From the NCBI GenBank assembly GCA_963555825.3, contig CAUVXB020000002.1:3328001-3392000 (forward strand): 64,000 bases of DNA, written 5' to 3'. Source of the DNA: Alphaproteobacteria bacterium. Its GTDB lineage: Bacteria; Pseudomonadota; Alphaproteobacteria; JAAXGF01. The number at the start of each line of letters is the position of its first letter. The first letter of the stretch is position 1. Of this stretch, positions 19,945 through 29,210 are shown one piece after another. The notes beneath the pieces are model-generated. The model had not been told where the DNA came from. It saw only the letters and a list, made by a program, of their open reading frames with translations, and did no database searches. The position numbers and the translations under genes were made by a program.

Positions 19945-22010
19945 ATCGCGTTACCAGCAGAAAGACAGCACCTTGTGGGGCCTCGCCTCAACGTGGGAGA
20001 TGCGCTTGACGGGACCCATTCCACGGCCTGAACGAACGCTTACGATTGCAGCGACCTCAAGATAGGCATCCCGCACCAGGTCAATCAGATGGCCCAAGCC
20101 CCCAGTCTCGCGGTGCCGGTTCTGGTCATGTGCCTTGATCGAAGCCCGGCACAAAGATGAATCCGAATAGATCGCGTCGTCTTCCTCTGCAAGCGCGAGC
20201 GCCTGTTCGAGGTGGGTCGTCAGCCTCTCCGCGTGGCGCGCGAGTACGCCTTCCTTTCGGAGGATCCTCTCAACATAGAACTCGGTGTTCTCGCCTCCGA
20301 CCACCAGCTTCGGATGGCCGCACGCGTCGATGGGCGCGATGGGTTCCGTGTTTCCGTCGAAGTACCGTGCGAATTGGACGTGGGTGGTAGGCCCCGGGAC
20401 CACGATGAGTTCTGGTGCCAGATCCGCAATGACCTCATCCTCGACGCGGCGCCGTTCTGGGTCGGAGGCCGCTGCCAAGTAGTGCTTGGAGCTCCAGAGG
20501 ACTCCCCTGAGGTTTCTCGGTTCGTAGTTCGACAGGATCGTCCAAAGAAGCCTGAGTCGCGGCGGGATGGGTGACTTGGCGTCGCTGAGGTTCGCCTCAA
20601 CCATGTCCCGCAGAGCCGGGTGCATGCGTCCGCCGTTCTTCAACATCCAGGCGAGGACCTGCGGCACGTGCAGGTGACGAGCAATCCAGTACGCGAGGCA
20701 GCGCCTCGTAGTGTCCAACGTGTTGGGGTTCTGGGACTGATATCCGCTATCGACCAACCGCACGAACGCGGGGCCCTCAGCTCCTGCGCCCGGGTTCGCG
20801 TCAGCGGCATCGCACGACAGCAGGCCCGCCTCCTGGAACGCGTCGAGCCATCTCTCGATCTTGGGGAAGTCTCCTTCGTCAACGGTAGGCGGCGCTTCGG
20901 CAAGCGCCGCCGCAGCCACCGGATCTTCCAATGCCCAGACGACGCGTTCGACCACAGGGTCGTTCGGTCCCGCCGGGAGTATGCCGATGTCGTTGAGCGC
21001 AATCTGTGGACGGGCATGGAAGGGGTCGCTTCGGATCCGGGCCCACGCGATCAAGGTCTCGCTCAGGAGGCGGTGCCCCTCCCGGTCGTCGTACAGAACC
21101 GGCCTGACGTTCTTCGCATGCCAGCTGTCGCGTGCCCTGTTCTTGCCTTCGGGTGTGCCGTTGTGGGGTGCGAACGCATAGGCGTTTGCGAAGCGCGCGC
21201 CCTTGTCGCGCTCGGCGGCAAGAGCATCGACCAGGTAGCTCATGACCGGATCGGCCACGCTGTACCCGACGAAGACGACGGTGAACTCGCGGAAGAGTTC
21301 GGTGACGAACCGAGCCGCCCAGCGCTCGGTCAGGTATGCACGCCCGAAATCGGCCGCAGTGAGGACGAGGTTCGCTCCGCCCTCGTCGGGCACGATGCGT
21401 CCGTGCAGGTGCACGAGGCTTGACCAGTTGTACCGCGTTGGCACGGGCAATTTTGGGGCGGCATCGACGCTGAGATTCGCTTCTCCGGCTTCGACAAACC
21501 GGTTGTCGAAGTTCGTTGTAACGAGGCGCGTCCCTCCTTCGGTCCTCGACAGGGTGAGTAGCGCCTCATGGACCCGAAGGGGAGCCGTTGCAGGTCTTGA
21601 GAGCCGCTCGATGACAGTTCCACGCAGCGCCTCAGGTCCCAGCCGATCGCTTCGCTCCAGCAGACTGAGCGCCTTGTCGAATTGTGGTCTCCGGCGGCTT
21701 CGATCCGGTTCATTGCGGTGAAGTGCCTCGTGTTCGACTTCATCGGCCTCGATTCGGTTCGCTTCGTAGACGTGCTCCACCAGCTCCTCGAAGTTGGGGA
21801 GATTCGACCCATCCCCGACCGAAACCCCCGCACCGCAGAAGAACACCACCGAACCCTCATCGACCTCATTCATGAGGTGGACTGGGATCCTCGGGCCCTC
21901 GGGTACGAGTTCAGGCATGGCGGATCCTTGCTTGCTCTTCTCTCATCGTGCTCGTTCCGCGGAGTCGTGTAGCCGGTTCCAGGTCGATGCAACCCATCGC
22001 AGTTCACCCA

Positions 22011-22150
22011 TTAGGGCACGACAGGCGTGATGAGCGTACCGATGCTGTCTCCGACCCGAGAACCTGACGCCTTCACAGATTCGTTCGCCAGGTGCGCATA
22101 GCGAGCGGTAGTCTGAACCTGCGTGTGACCGAGGAGCTTGCCGATCATCG
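22011..22150 (-). pseudogene. Tyrosine recombinase C-terminal tail
   Basis: PMIGKLLGHTQVQTTARYAHLANESVKASGSRVGDSIG, same family as the genes at 4993-7328. Confidence 0.8.
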
Positions 22151-23525
22151 GAGCTATTGTCAAAAGTTGTGTATGGGCTGATCATGCGGCGGCGCGATCC
22201 TGGCGTTCTCCATCTACGAATTTGACGCCGCGAATGATCTCGGCGAGATGGTTCGATCCATCGAGTTTTCTCCATTTTCTCTGAGCGCACTGGCATAGTT
22301 TGAAGACCATGGCCATCGCCGTCTTGCGCGACAGGCAGCCCTTGGTCCGGTAGGTGCGCAGACGAACCGTGGCGAACGTGCTCTCGATGGGGTTGGTCGT
22401 GCGTACATGCTTCCAGTGCTCGGCGGGGAAGTCGTAGAACGTCAGCAGGACGTCGCGGTCCTTGGCCAGGCAGGCCGCGGCCTTGTCGTACTTCGGCCCG
22501 TAGGCTTCCAGGAAGAAGTCGAAGGCGCTCTCGGCATCCTTCCTGGTTTCGGCCATCCAGATGTCTTGCAGGCGCCCCTTGGCTTTCTTTTGCAGACCCT
22601 TGGGCAGCTTGTTCAAGACGTTGCCCGTCTTGTGAACCCAGCAGCGTTGCTCGCGGGCGCCTGGGTAGACTTGGCGGAGCGCCTTCCAGAAGCCGAGCGC
22701 GCCGTCGCCGAGCGCCAGTTGCGGACCCATTTCAAGGCCGCGCCGCTTGAGATCGAGCAGAACTTCGAGCCAGGACTGCTCACTTTCGCGATAGCCGTCG
22801 GCGATGGCGATCAGTTCCTTCTGTCCCTTGTCCGTGGCCCCGACGATCACCAGGATGCACTGCTTCTCTTCCTCCATGCGGGCGCTGAAATAGATGCCGT
22901 CCACCCAGAAATAGACGTAGCGCTTGGCCGTGAGGTCGCGCCGTTGCCAGCGCTCCGCCTCAACCCCCCAGACCTCTTTCAGCCGGGTGATCGTGGAGGC
23001 CGAAAGCCCCGGCGCGGAGCTCCCCAGGAGCGCCGCCAAGGCTTCCCCGAAGTCGCCGGTGGAAATGCCCTTCAGATACAGCCATGGCAAAAGGTCTTCC
23101 AGGCTCTTGGCGCGGCGCAGATAGCGCGGCAGGATCGCCGACGTGAAGCGGATGGCGCCGTCCCCCCGGTCCCGCACACGGGGTTGGCGCACGCTCACCG
23201 GGCCGATCCCGGTCTGGATGAAGCGTTCCGGCAGATATCCATTGCGGACAACCCGGCGGCGGCCGGCGGCGTCAACAAGCGCCGCATGGCTACCCAAAAA
23301 CACGGAGACCTCGGCCTCAACGGCTTGGGCCAACAACTCGCGAGCTCCAGCTTGTAGGACTTCCGTCAACGGATCTTTCTGAAAATCAGATGGGTTTTGA
23401 AAAGCAACAACGGTATTCTCTTTCATGGCGTATCCTTCCTTGGCTTAGCTCAAGTGGTGACATCAACAATCACCAGGATACGCCGCCTTCATTTCAACGC
23501 CGTACACAAGATTCGGTTATAGCTC
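22151..23525 (-). mobile_element. IS256-family element
   Basis: Ends GAGCTAT...ATAGCTC; 9-bp TSD CGATCATCG at 22142-22150 and 23526-23534. Confidence 0.9.
22182..23426 (-). CDS. IS256 (mutator) transposase
   Basis: RNGY, LYLKGISTGD, WVDG, GDGALGFW, QRCWVHK and RTTNPIES motifs. Confidence 0.95.
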   Translation of the reverse strand: MKENTVVAFQNPSDFQKDPLTEVLQAGARELLAQAVEAEVSVFLGSHAALVDAAGRRRVVRNGYLPERFIQTGIGPVSVRQPRVRDRGDGAIRFTSAILPRYLRRAKSLEDLLPWLYLKGISTGDFGEALAALLGSSAPGLSASTITRLKEVWGVEAERWQRRDLTAKRYVYFWVDGIYFSARMEEEKQCILVIVGATDKGQKELIAIADGYRESEQSWLEVLLDLKRRGLEMGPQLALGDGALGFWKALRQVYPGAREQRCWVHKTGNVLNKLPKGLQKKAKGRLQDIWMAETRKDAESAFDFFLEAYGPKYDKAAACLAKDRDVLLTFYDFPAEHWKHVRTTNPIESTFATVRLRTYRTKGCLSRKTAMAMVFKLCQCAQRKWRKLDGSNHLAEIIRGVKFVDGERQDRAAA

Positions 23526-23528
23526 CGA

Positions 23529-24437
23529 TCATCGGCACTCCACCTCAGTCCAGGGGCCTCCGGGAGGCCACGAGGCAACCTCTGTGCGGGCCAGCACGGG
23601 CTGCAGGAAGGTGCGCAGATCATTGTTGACCTGGACGAGTGAAGCGGACGCTATTGCGAGCCGGTCGCGCGCCAGGAAGGCCCGCCACTGGGCTTCCTTC
23701 TCAAGGGCAAAACTATCGCTGAGGCCGACAGGTACTTGTTCCGGCAAGGGGGTTCGGCGTCGCTCGAAGGTCCGACGGATGGCGTCCGCCAGGTTGTCGC
23801 CTTCGAACGCGAATGTCTGCGCGATCATCCAGAGGTCGTAGAAATCCTTCATGCGGCTGTTCGCGATACCGAGCGAGACGATCGCTTCAGTCTTCTCGGC
23901 GACGACCGTTTCAGGGGGATAAGCGCGTAGGACAGGCGCGGGCGCGTCGAGAAGGGCCGGGTATTCGATCTCGATTGGCTCAGGCGTGATCACGTCGCCA
24001 AAACCGACGTCGATCTGGATGGGCAGTCGCGCCCCGGCGATGGTTGCGCCGGTTCTGACGCGCACACCGGGATATTCGTCTTCGTCGCGGATTGGAGCGG
24101 CTTCGACGCCTGCAACGTCGAAGACGACCCCATCGTCGGGTACCTCCACAGAACAGATGGAGCGGATGCTTGCCGCAACCATTGCGGGATCGGGATCGCC
24201 ATGACCCAGCAGGTCAAGGTCACGGGTCGGTCGGAAGGGATCGTCCTGCCAGATTGCGAAGAGCATCGCACCCTTCAGGACAAACCGTTCGCGCTGGTCG
24301 GAGACGCTGAGTCGGTAGAGCAATCGCTCGAGCGCGTAACGGGTAAGGAGAATTTGAAAATCGGTCTGTTCGACGCGGGCGCGCGCGAGCAGTCGGGCGC
24401 GCACAGAGGCGCCGATATTGCGAAGCTCACGTGCCAT
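23529..24437 (-). CDS. abiEii: Type IV TA toxin AbiEii (nucleotidyltransferase)
   Basis: YALERLLYRL, FVLKGA, RPTRDLDLLG, IDVGFGD, AEK and NSRMKDFYD. Confidence 0.92.
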   Translation of the reverse strand: MARELRNIGASVRARLLARARVEQTDFQILLTRYALERLLYRLSVSDQRERFVLKGAMLFAIWQDDPFRPTRDLDLLGHGDPDPAMVAASIRSICSVEVPDDGVVFDVAGVEAAPIRDEDEYPGVRVRTGATIAGARLPIQIDVGFGDVITPEPIEIEYPALLDAPAPVLRAYPPETVVAEKTEAIVSLGIANSRMKDFYDLWMIAQTFAFEGDNLADAIRRTFERRRTPLPEQVPVGLSDSFALEKEAQWRAFLARDRLAIASASLVQVNNDLRTFLQPVLARTEVASWPPGGPWTEVECR

Positions 24438-25050
24438 CGGCGACCATCGCTTCGACATAGGGCCGCATCACGGACCAGACACGCGCCGTGCGAGCGAATT
24501 CCCAGAGCTGGTCGGGTGTGACGCGCCCGCTGCGGAGTCCTTCGCGGAGTCCTTCCAGCGCGATGTCGAGTCCGATCTTGTTGCGATACCGGAAGCAGTC
24601 GACGATCGACTTGGCGGGCTCGAATATTGGGACCTCAATACCCTCGATGAGATGCCGCTTCACCCCTCCCGCGAGGGCGTGGCCGCTGAATCGCACGAAG
24701 TGGACCGGGGGGTATTCGACGTTGGGCTTCCATCCGGTGCGGTCGATGGCGATCCAGACAGCGGAGGGCATTTGGAGTGTCAGTTCATGAAACTGGAGCG
24801 CGGATGTAAGGCAGATCACTCCCCTGGGTACGCGGGCTGAGGCTTCTGCAAGGCTGCGTCGGGGATCCGGAATCGCGTCGACGAACTGATAGAGGCCGCG
24901 CGCAACGCGCGCCACGACGCCCTCGCGAACCAGCCGGGCAACGGTCTCGGGCCCAACGCCAGCGTTGCGAAGATCGCGCATGCGGACTAGTCCCCTCTGG
25001 CGACAGAGACACAGGACCATGTCGCGCTGTTTCGTCGGATTAGGTGACAT
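24427..25050 (-). CDS. abiEi: Type IV TA antitoxin AbiEi
   Basis: N-terminal wHTH (RVARGLY), SALQFHELT, DCFRYRNKIGLD; overlaps the toxin start. Confidence 0.9.
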   Translation of the reverse strand: MSPNPTKQRDMVLCLCRQRGLVRMRDLRNAGVGPETVARLVREGVVARVARGLYQFVDAIPDPRRSLAEASARVPRGVICLTSALQFHELTLQMPSAVWIAIDRTGWKPNVEYPPVHFVRFSGHALAGGVKRHLIEGIEVPIFEPAKSIVDCFRYRNKIGLDIALEGLREGLRSGRVTPDQLWEFARTARVWSVMRPYVEAMVADGT

Positions 25051-25071
25051 TGGCTCTGCTACAATGAACAA

Positions 25072-25121
25072 GTGCAGAGGTTATATCACAACAGTGCTGT
25101 GGATCCCAATCCATTCTGCAC
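25072..25121. promoter_or_regulatory. Imperfect inverted repeat upstream of abiEi, candidate operator
   Basis: GTGCAGA-N36-TCTGCAC with central ACAGTGCTGT; AbiEi proteins are known to autorepress through promoter inverted repeats. Confidence 0.45.
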
Positions 25122-25184
25122 AAGGGGTCAGGTAGATCTCCGAAGGGCGCAACTGGAGCAGCTATTCCTCACGGCCTACTTGTC

Positions 25185-25296
25185 GTTGTCTTCAACGCTG
25201 ATCGCGATGAACTGCTCTTCACTGAACCTGGATTGCCGCATGTGCGTCTCGTCGGCGATGGACTTTCCGATCAGACGAGGGAGCCAAGGGGCTCAG
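25185..25296 (-). mobile_element. IS3-family left-end remnant
   Basis: MRQSRFSEEQFIAI after a TGAGCCCC-type end. Confidence 0.55.
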
Positions 25297-25676
25297 GTCT
25301 CGGGGATCAGTGCGTCTTTCGACGACAACACGTATGACGTGCGGGCTATGGACTGGCAAGGAGCGGCACAGATGATGAAGGTTACCGTGCGGTGAATTGT
25401 TCGGCTATGGCTTCGACTCCTTCAATACGCTGTCGACCACGCGATCTACCAAGGTCCTTTCTTGGACGAGGGGATGATCGTCGGGCGGCGGCGCGCCGAT
25501 GCGGATGTGTTCGCAAAGAATGTCGAAATCGAGCATCGCGCCAATCAACCAGCAGCACGAATACAGGCAGTTGTACAGGGCGAGAAACAGGCGGCCTTCG
25601 TTAGACGCGGAAGAAGGTGGATCAAATTTTCCATCCTGCAGGATACCGCCAAAGGACATCAGGGTTTCGCCATTAG

Positions 25677-26483
25677 GATGACAGTGGCGAAGGCCGTAAC
25701 AGCCGCGTGGTATTCGCGGCGGAGCAGAGCGGCGCGCACTACATCAGGGCTGGCGATTCCGATTACTTCAACGATAGCGGCACCTACACGTTGGAGGTGA
25801 CAGAGAACGCACCACCCGAAGCGCAGCAGCAAGTAGTCCCGCAGCCCCCAGTCTTCGGCACGCAGGGCTATGCCTTCGCGCTGGCGGAGAACGCCGACGG
25901 CAGCACCAATCGGGTGGCGGTCGGCACGGTCTCGGCGACGGACCCCGAGGGCGCGGCGCTCAGCTACAGCCTCGAGGGCGGCAATGCCTCGGGACTGTTC
26001 GAGATCGATGCCGCCAGCGGCGAGCTGTTCTACACGGGCTCGGGCGAGGACTTCGAGACCGGCTCCGGTTCGTTCGAGCTCACGGTGCGAGCAAGCGACG
26101 GCGACCTCTTCACCGATACGAGTGTTGTCGTCGGCGTCGCCGACGTGCAGGAGGTTCCGGCGTTCGGCCAGCAGGGCTACGCCTTCGACCTGACGGAGAA
26201 CAGCGATGGCGGTACGAACAGGGTGTCGCTCGGCACTGTCGCGGCGGCGGACCCGGACGGCGCGGCGCTCAGCTACAGCCTCGAGGGCGGCAACGCCTCG
26301 GGCCTGTTCGAGATCGACGCCGCCAGCGGCGAGCTGTTCTATGTGGGCGCGGGCGAGGACTTCGAGGCGGGCACGGGTTCGTTCGAGCTGACGGTGCGGG
26401 CGAGCGACGGCGACCTCTTCACCGATACGAGGGTTGTCGTCGGTGTCGCCGATGTGCAGGAGGCTCCGGCGTTCGGCCAGCAG
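25677..26483 (+). pseudogene. Internal fragment of a cadherin-repeat adhesin
   Basis: PPC-like tail (GTYTLEV), then two cadherin domains with AEN, ATDPEG, LFEIDAASGEL, DFE and VRASDG; no proper start or end. Confidence 0.8.
25848..26483 (+). repeat. 309-bp tandem repeat (two full units plus a stub)
   Basis: Units start at 25848, 26157 and 26466. Confidence 0.9.
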
Positions 26484-26490
26484 CGGTCCG

Positions 26491-27042
26491 ATGAAGGGCG
26501 CGGCGAGGAACGGAGCCGCGGACGCTCTACGCACGGCCGCCGTGGCGGCGTTCACGGTGGCTGCCCTACTGGCCGGGCCCGACGCGGCGCTTGCCACCAC
26601 CGACACCACCTTCGGGAGTCCGCTCGACACGGTGCAGGACATCGTCGGCGGCACCGGCGGGCAGCTCGCGGCGGCGCTCGCTGTCCCTCAACGCCTTGCC
26701 CGCTTTGAACGACGGCGCCTTCGAGGCCGGTATCGCGACCGCCTCCCCGGTTCCCGGATTTCTTCCGGTACGCGCCTCCCGGCTCCGCGTCGCGAATGTG
26801 CCGAACCCGGCGATCCGCACGGACTCTTCCCTGGCCAGGGATGCACCGATCGCCTCGAACACGGTGTCGACCGCCGCTTCCGCCTCGGCCTTGCCCAGCT
26901 TCAGCCTGACCGCCAATCGCCGTGCCGACCAGGCCGGTGACGATGCCGGTGCCGGCGCCTGCCGCGATGCCGACGCCGACCGCGCCCATGAGCTGCATCG
27001 CGTTGAAGCGCAGCACCGAGCCGACCAGCGCGGCGCCGACAG
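26491..27042. pseudogene. Conjugative pilin (TraA/VirB2-like) split by an inversion
   Basis: Signal peptide ...AALA-TTDTTFGSPLDTVQDIVGGTGGQLAAALAV on +; continuation GAALVGSVLRFNAMQLMGAVGVGIAAG on - from 27037. Confidence 0.65.
26686..26915 (-). pseudogene. hup: HU-family gene fragment inside the inverted segment
   Basis: AVDTVFEAI...GFGTF...ARTGRNPGTGE...PSFKAGKALRD; N-terminus missing. Confidence 0.85.
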
Positions 27043-27083
27043 GATGAAGCGCGGCCCGCAACCGGGTTCCAGGGGTCGTGGGG

Positions 27084-27357
27084 ATGAGCGACTCCTGTTA
27101 CGGCCGGTCGGACCTGACGGAAGAGGCGGAAGAGGAGCTCGGGCGGCTGGCGCCGGGGCTGATCCCGGAGTTCGTGCGCAACCTGAACGCATGGAGGAAG
27201 TCCCGGCAGGTCGGGAAACGCAACAGGGGGCCGGCGGGGTAGCCTGCGGGGTTGGATTTGAACGAACCGTCGGGGTCCGGGCGCAAGGTGGGGCGCAACG
27301 AGCCCTGCCCCTGCGGCTCGGGCCGGAAATACAAGAGCTGCTGCGGTGCGCACTGAC
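27084..27357 (+). pseudogene. UPF0149/YecA-like C-terminal fragment with SEC-C motif
   Basis: LAPGLIPEFVRNLNAW, in-frame TAG at 27240, then [21 protein letters not shown]. Confidence 0.65.
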
Positions 27358-27505
27358 CGGCGGATCGGCGACGACGGAACGGATGCGGCGAGGTGCTGCC
27401 GGGCGTCGCAGCAGGCGGGAATTCGTGGTAGTCGGTGTCTGGAACCGGGCGATGTGTCATCCTGGAATGGCGGAACGGCACAGCATCACGGTGGGAAGTG
27501 ACGAG

Positions 27506-27793
27506 ATGAACAAGACGGAGATGACCGACCGTTTGGCTGCCCGCACGGGGCTGAGCAAGGGCGCTGCAAGGGACGTGGTGGACGGTGTGTTCGCGATCAT
27601 CGGCGAAACTCTTGCCGATGGCGAGGAGGTCCGGCTGCCGGGGTTCGGAACCTTCGGCACCAGGAGCCGGCCGGCTCATACCGGACGCAACCCAAGGACC
27701 GGCGAGGCCGTTGCGATATCGGCGTCCACATCGCCGACGTTCAAGGCGGGGAAGACGCTGAAGGATACCGTGAATGCGGGTCCGGGGTCATGA
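27506..27793 (+). CDS. hup: HU/IHF-family DNA-binding protein
   Basis: MNKTEM...GFGTF...GRNPRTGE...PTFKAGKTLKD. Confidence 0.92.
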   Translation: MNKTEMTDRLAARTGLSKGAARDVVDGVFAIIGETLADGEEVRLPGFGTFGTRSRPAHTGRNPRTGEAVAISASTSPTFKAGKTLKDTVNAGPGS

Positions 27794-28098
27794 CGGTGCG
27801 ACGAGAGCAGACCGCGACTGGGAGCGCCATGAGCAATCTGCATATGGAACCCGGGCGATTTCTATACGATGACGGACACACTACGAACTGTCCGACCGGC
27901 GTCAGGAAAACCCAAGGCGTGCGCCGGGTTGGGGGTCGCGCCGCTACCAGCCAGGATGCCGGATCGCATAGGAGGCAAGAAGGTCATGCAGAGTAGAGTC
28001 GCTCCCTGACGGGCCTTCGCGAACTAAGAATTTGTAAGTCCAGACACCGAGGGGAATATGCCAAACAAGACTCGGCTAAGTATCTCAGTCGAAGAAAC

Positions 28099-29203
28099 CT
28101 TGCCTATCCGGTTTACACCCACACCCACTAGGGCTAGAATGGGCGCAAACCGGATATAGGGGAGCGCGCCATGGATGTTCTCGACCGCGCCGATCTCCCA
28201 TTCCCGCATTCGCTACCCGAGTTCCAGCGACTTTTCCCCGATGATGCGGCCTGCGCCGCCTACCTGGAGAAAGCCCGCTGGGGAGACGGCTTTGCCTGCC
28301 CGCACTGCGGCACGGCGGGAGAGCCGTTCCACTTTGAAAACCGCCCTGGCGTCCTGCGCTGCCGCAAGTGCCGCCAGAACACCGGGCTGACGGTGGGAAC
28401 AGTGATGGAGCGTAGCCACACTCCGCTGAACGTCTGGTTCTGGGCCGCTTATCTGGTCGCCAGTCAGACGCCCGGCATGTCCGCCGTGCAGTTTCAGCGG
28501 CAACTTGGTCTTTCGCGCTACGAGACGGCCTTTCAAATTCTCCACAAGCTCCGCTCGGGCATGGTGCGGCCCAACCAAGACAGGATCGGTGGACAGCCCA
28601 AGAACCATGTTGAGGTGGACGAAACCTGGGTTGGCGGGCGAACGCGTGGGGAAGGCCGTGGTGTTCACCACAAGGTTCTCGTCTCCTGTGCCATCGAGGT
28701 GCGTCATCGAAAGCCGGGCACCAAGCTCGACAACCGGAAAGACGGACGCTATGCCGGACGCGTTCGGCTCGCCGTCGTGCTCGACCGTAGCGCCGAGTCG
28801 CTCTGTGGGTTCGTCGAGAGCACCGTCGCGCCGGGATCGCTGATCGTTACTGACGATTGGAGCGGCTATGCTGGCCTCGGTAAGCGCGGCTATGAGCACT
28901 TCGCTGTTGCCGAGTGTGGTGATCCAGAGGTTGCCGAGCAATACCTGCCGATCATCCATCTGGTTTTCGCCAACCTGAAGACGTGGCTGATCGGTATCCA
29001 CCACGGCGTTAGCCACCAGCACCTACAAGCCTACCTCAACGAGTTCACCTTCCGCTTCAACAGGCGGTTCTACCCGTTCAACGCCTTCCGCTCATTGCTC
29101 GGCATCGCGGGCGACACCTCTGCTCCAACCTATGCCGAGCTTTACTCGGGAGAGTGGCGGCACCCTACATGTAGCGGTCATGGGCGTTAACCGGATAGGC
29201 AAG
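28099..29203 (+). mobile_element. IS1595-family element, copy 1
   Basis: IRs CTTGCCTATCCGGTT/AACCGGATAGGCAAG; 1105 bp; no TSD. Confidence 0.9.
28171..29190 (+). CDS. IS1595 transposase
   Basis: CPHCG...CRKC zinc ribbon, VEVDETW, TDDWSGY and YLNEFTFRFNRR. Confidence 0.93.
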   Translation: MDVLDRADLPFPHSLPEFQRLFPDDAACAAYLEKARWGDGFACPHCGTAGEPFHFENRPGVLRCRKCRQNTGLTVGTVMERSHTPLNVWFWAAYLVASQTPGMSAVQFQRQLGLSRYETAFQILHKLRSGMVRPNQDRIGGQPKNHVEVDETWVGGRTRGEGRGVHHKVLVSCAIEVRHRKPGTKLDNRKDGRYAGRVRLAVVLDRSAESLCGFVESTVAPGSLIVTDDWSGYAGLGKRGYEHFAVAECGDPEVAEQYLPIIHLVFANLKTWLIGIHHGVSHQHLQAYLNEFTFRFNRRFYPFNAFRSLLGIAGDTSAPTYAELYSGEWRHPTCSGHGR

Positions 29204-29210
29204 ATTCGTT

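Larger units (their letters stand above)
16344..20043 (-). mobile_element. Complete IS66-family element (3700 bp) with a passenger gene
   Basis: Perfect 26-bp IRs GTAAGCGTTCGTTCAGGCCGTGGAAT; 8-bp TSD GATTGCAG at 16336-16343 and 20044-20051. Confidence 0.95.
13349..21918 (-). pseudogene. dsr1: Dsr1-type defence-associated sirtuin (SIR2 NADase), ~1231 aa when rebuilt, interrupted by IS66 and IS630
   Basis: GPRIP..EGSVVFFCGAGVS, LVTTNFD, LHG, DFGRAYLTERWAARFV, FVGYS. Segments 21918-20044, 16335-15181 and 14014-13349 join in frame (3696 nt). Confidence 0.85.

Noticed and set aside
25848-26483. 309-bp repeats as a DGR template/variable pair
   Set aside because: In-frame cadherin domains with differences not confined to adenines; the only RT trace is a group II intron tail.
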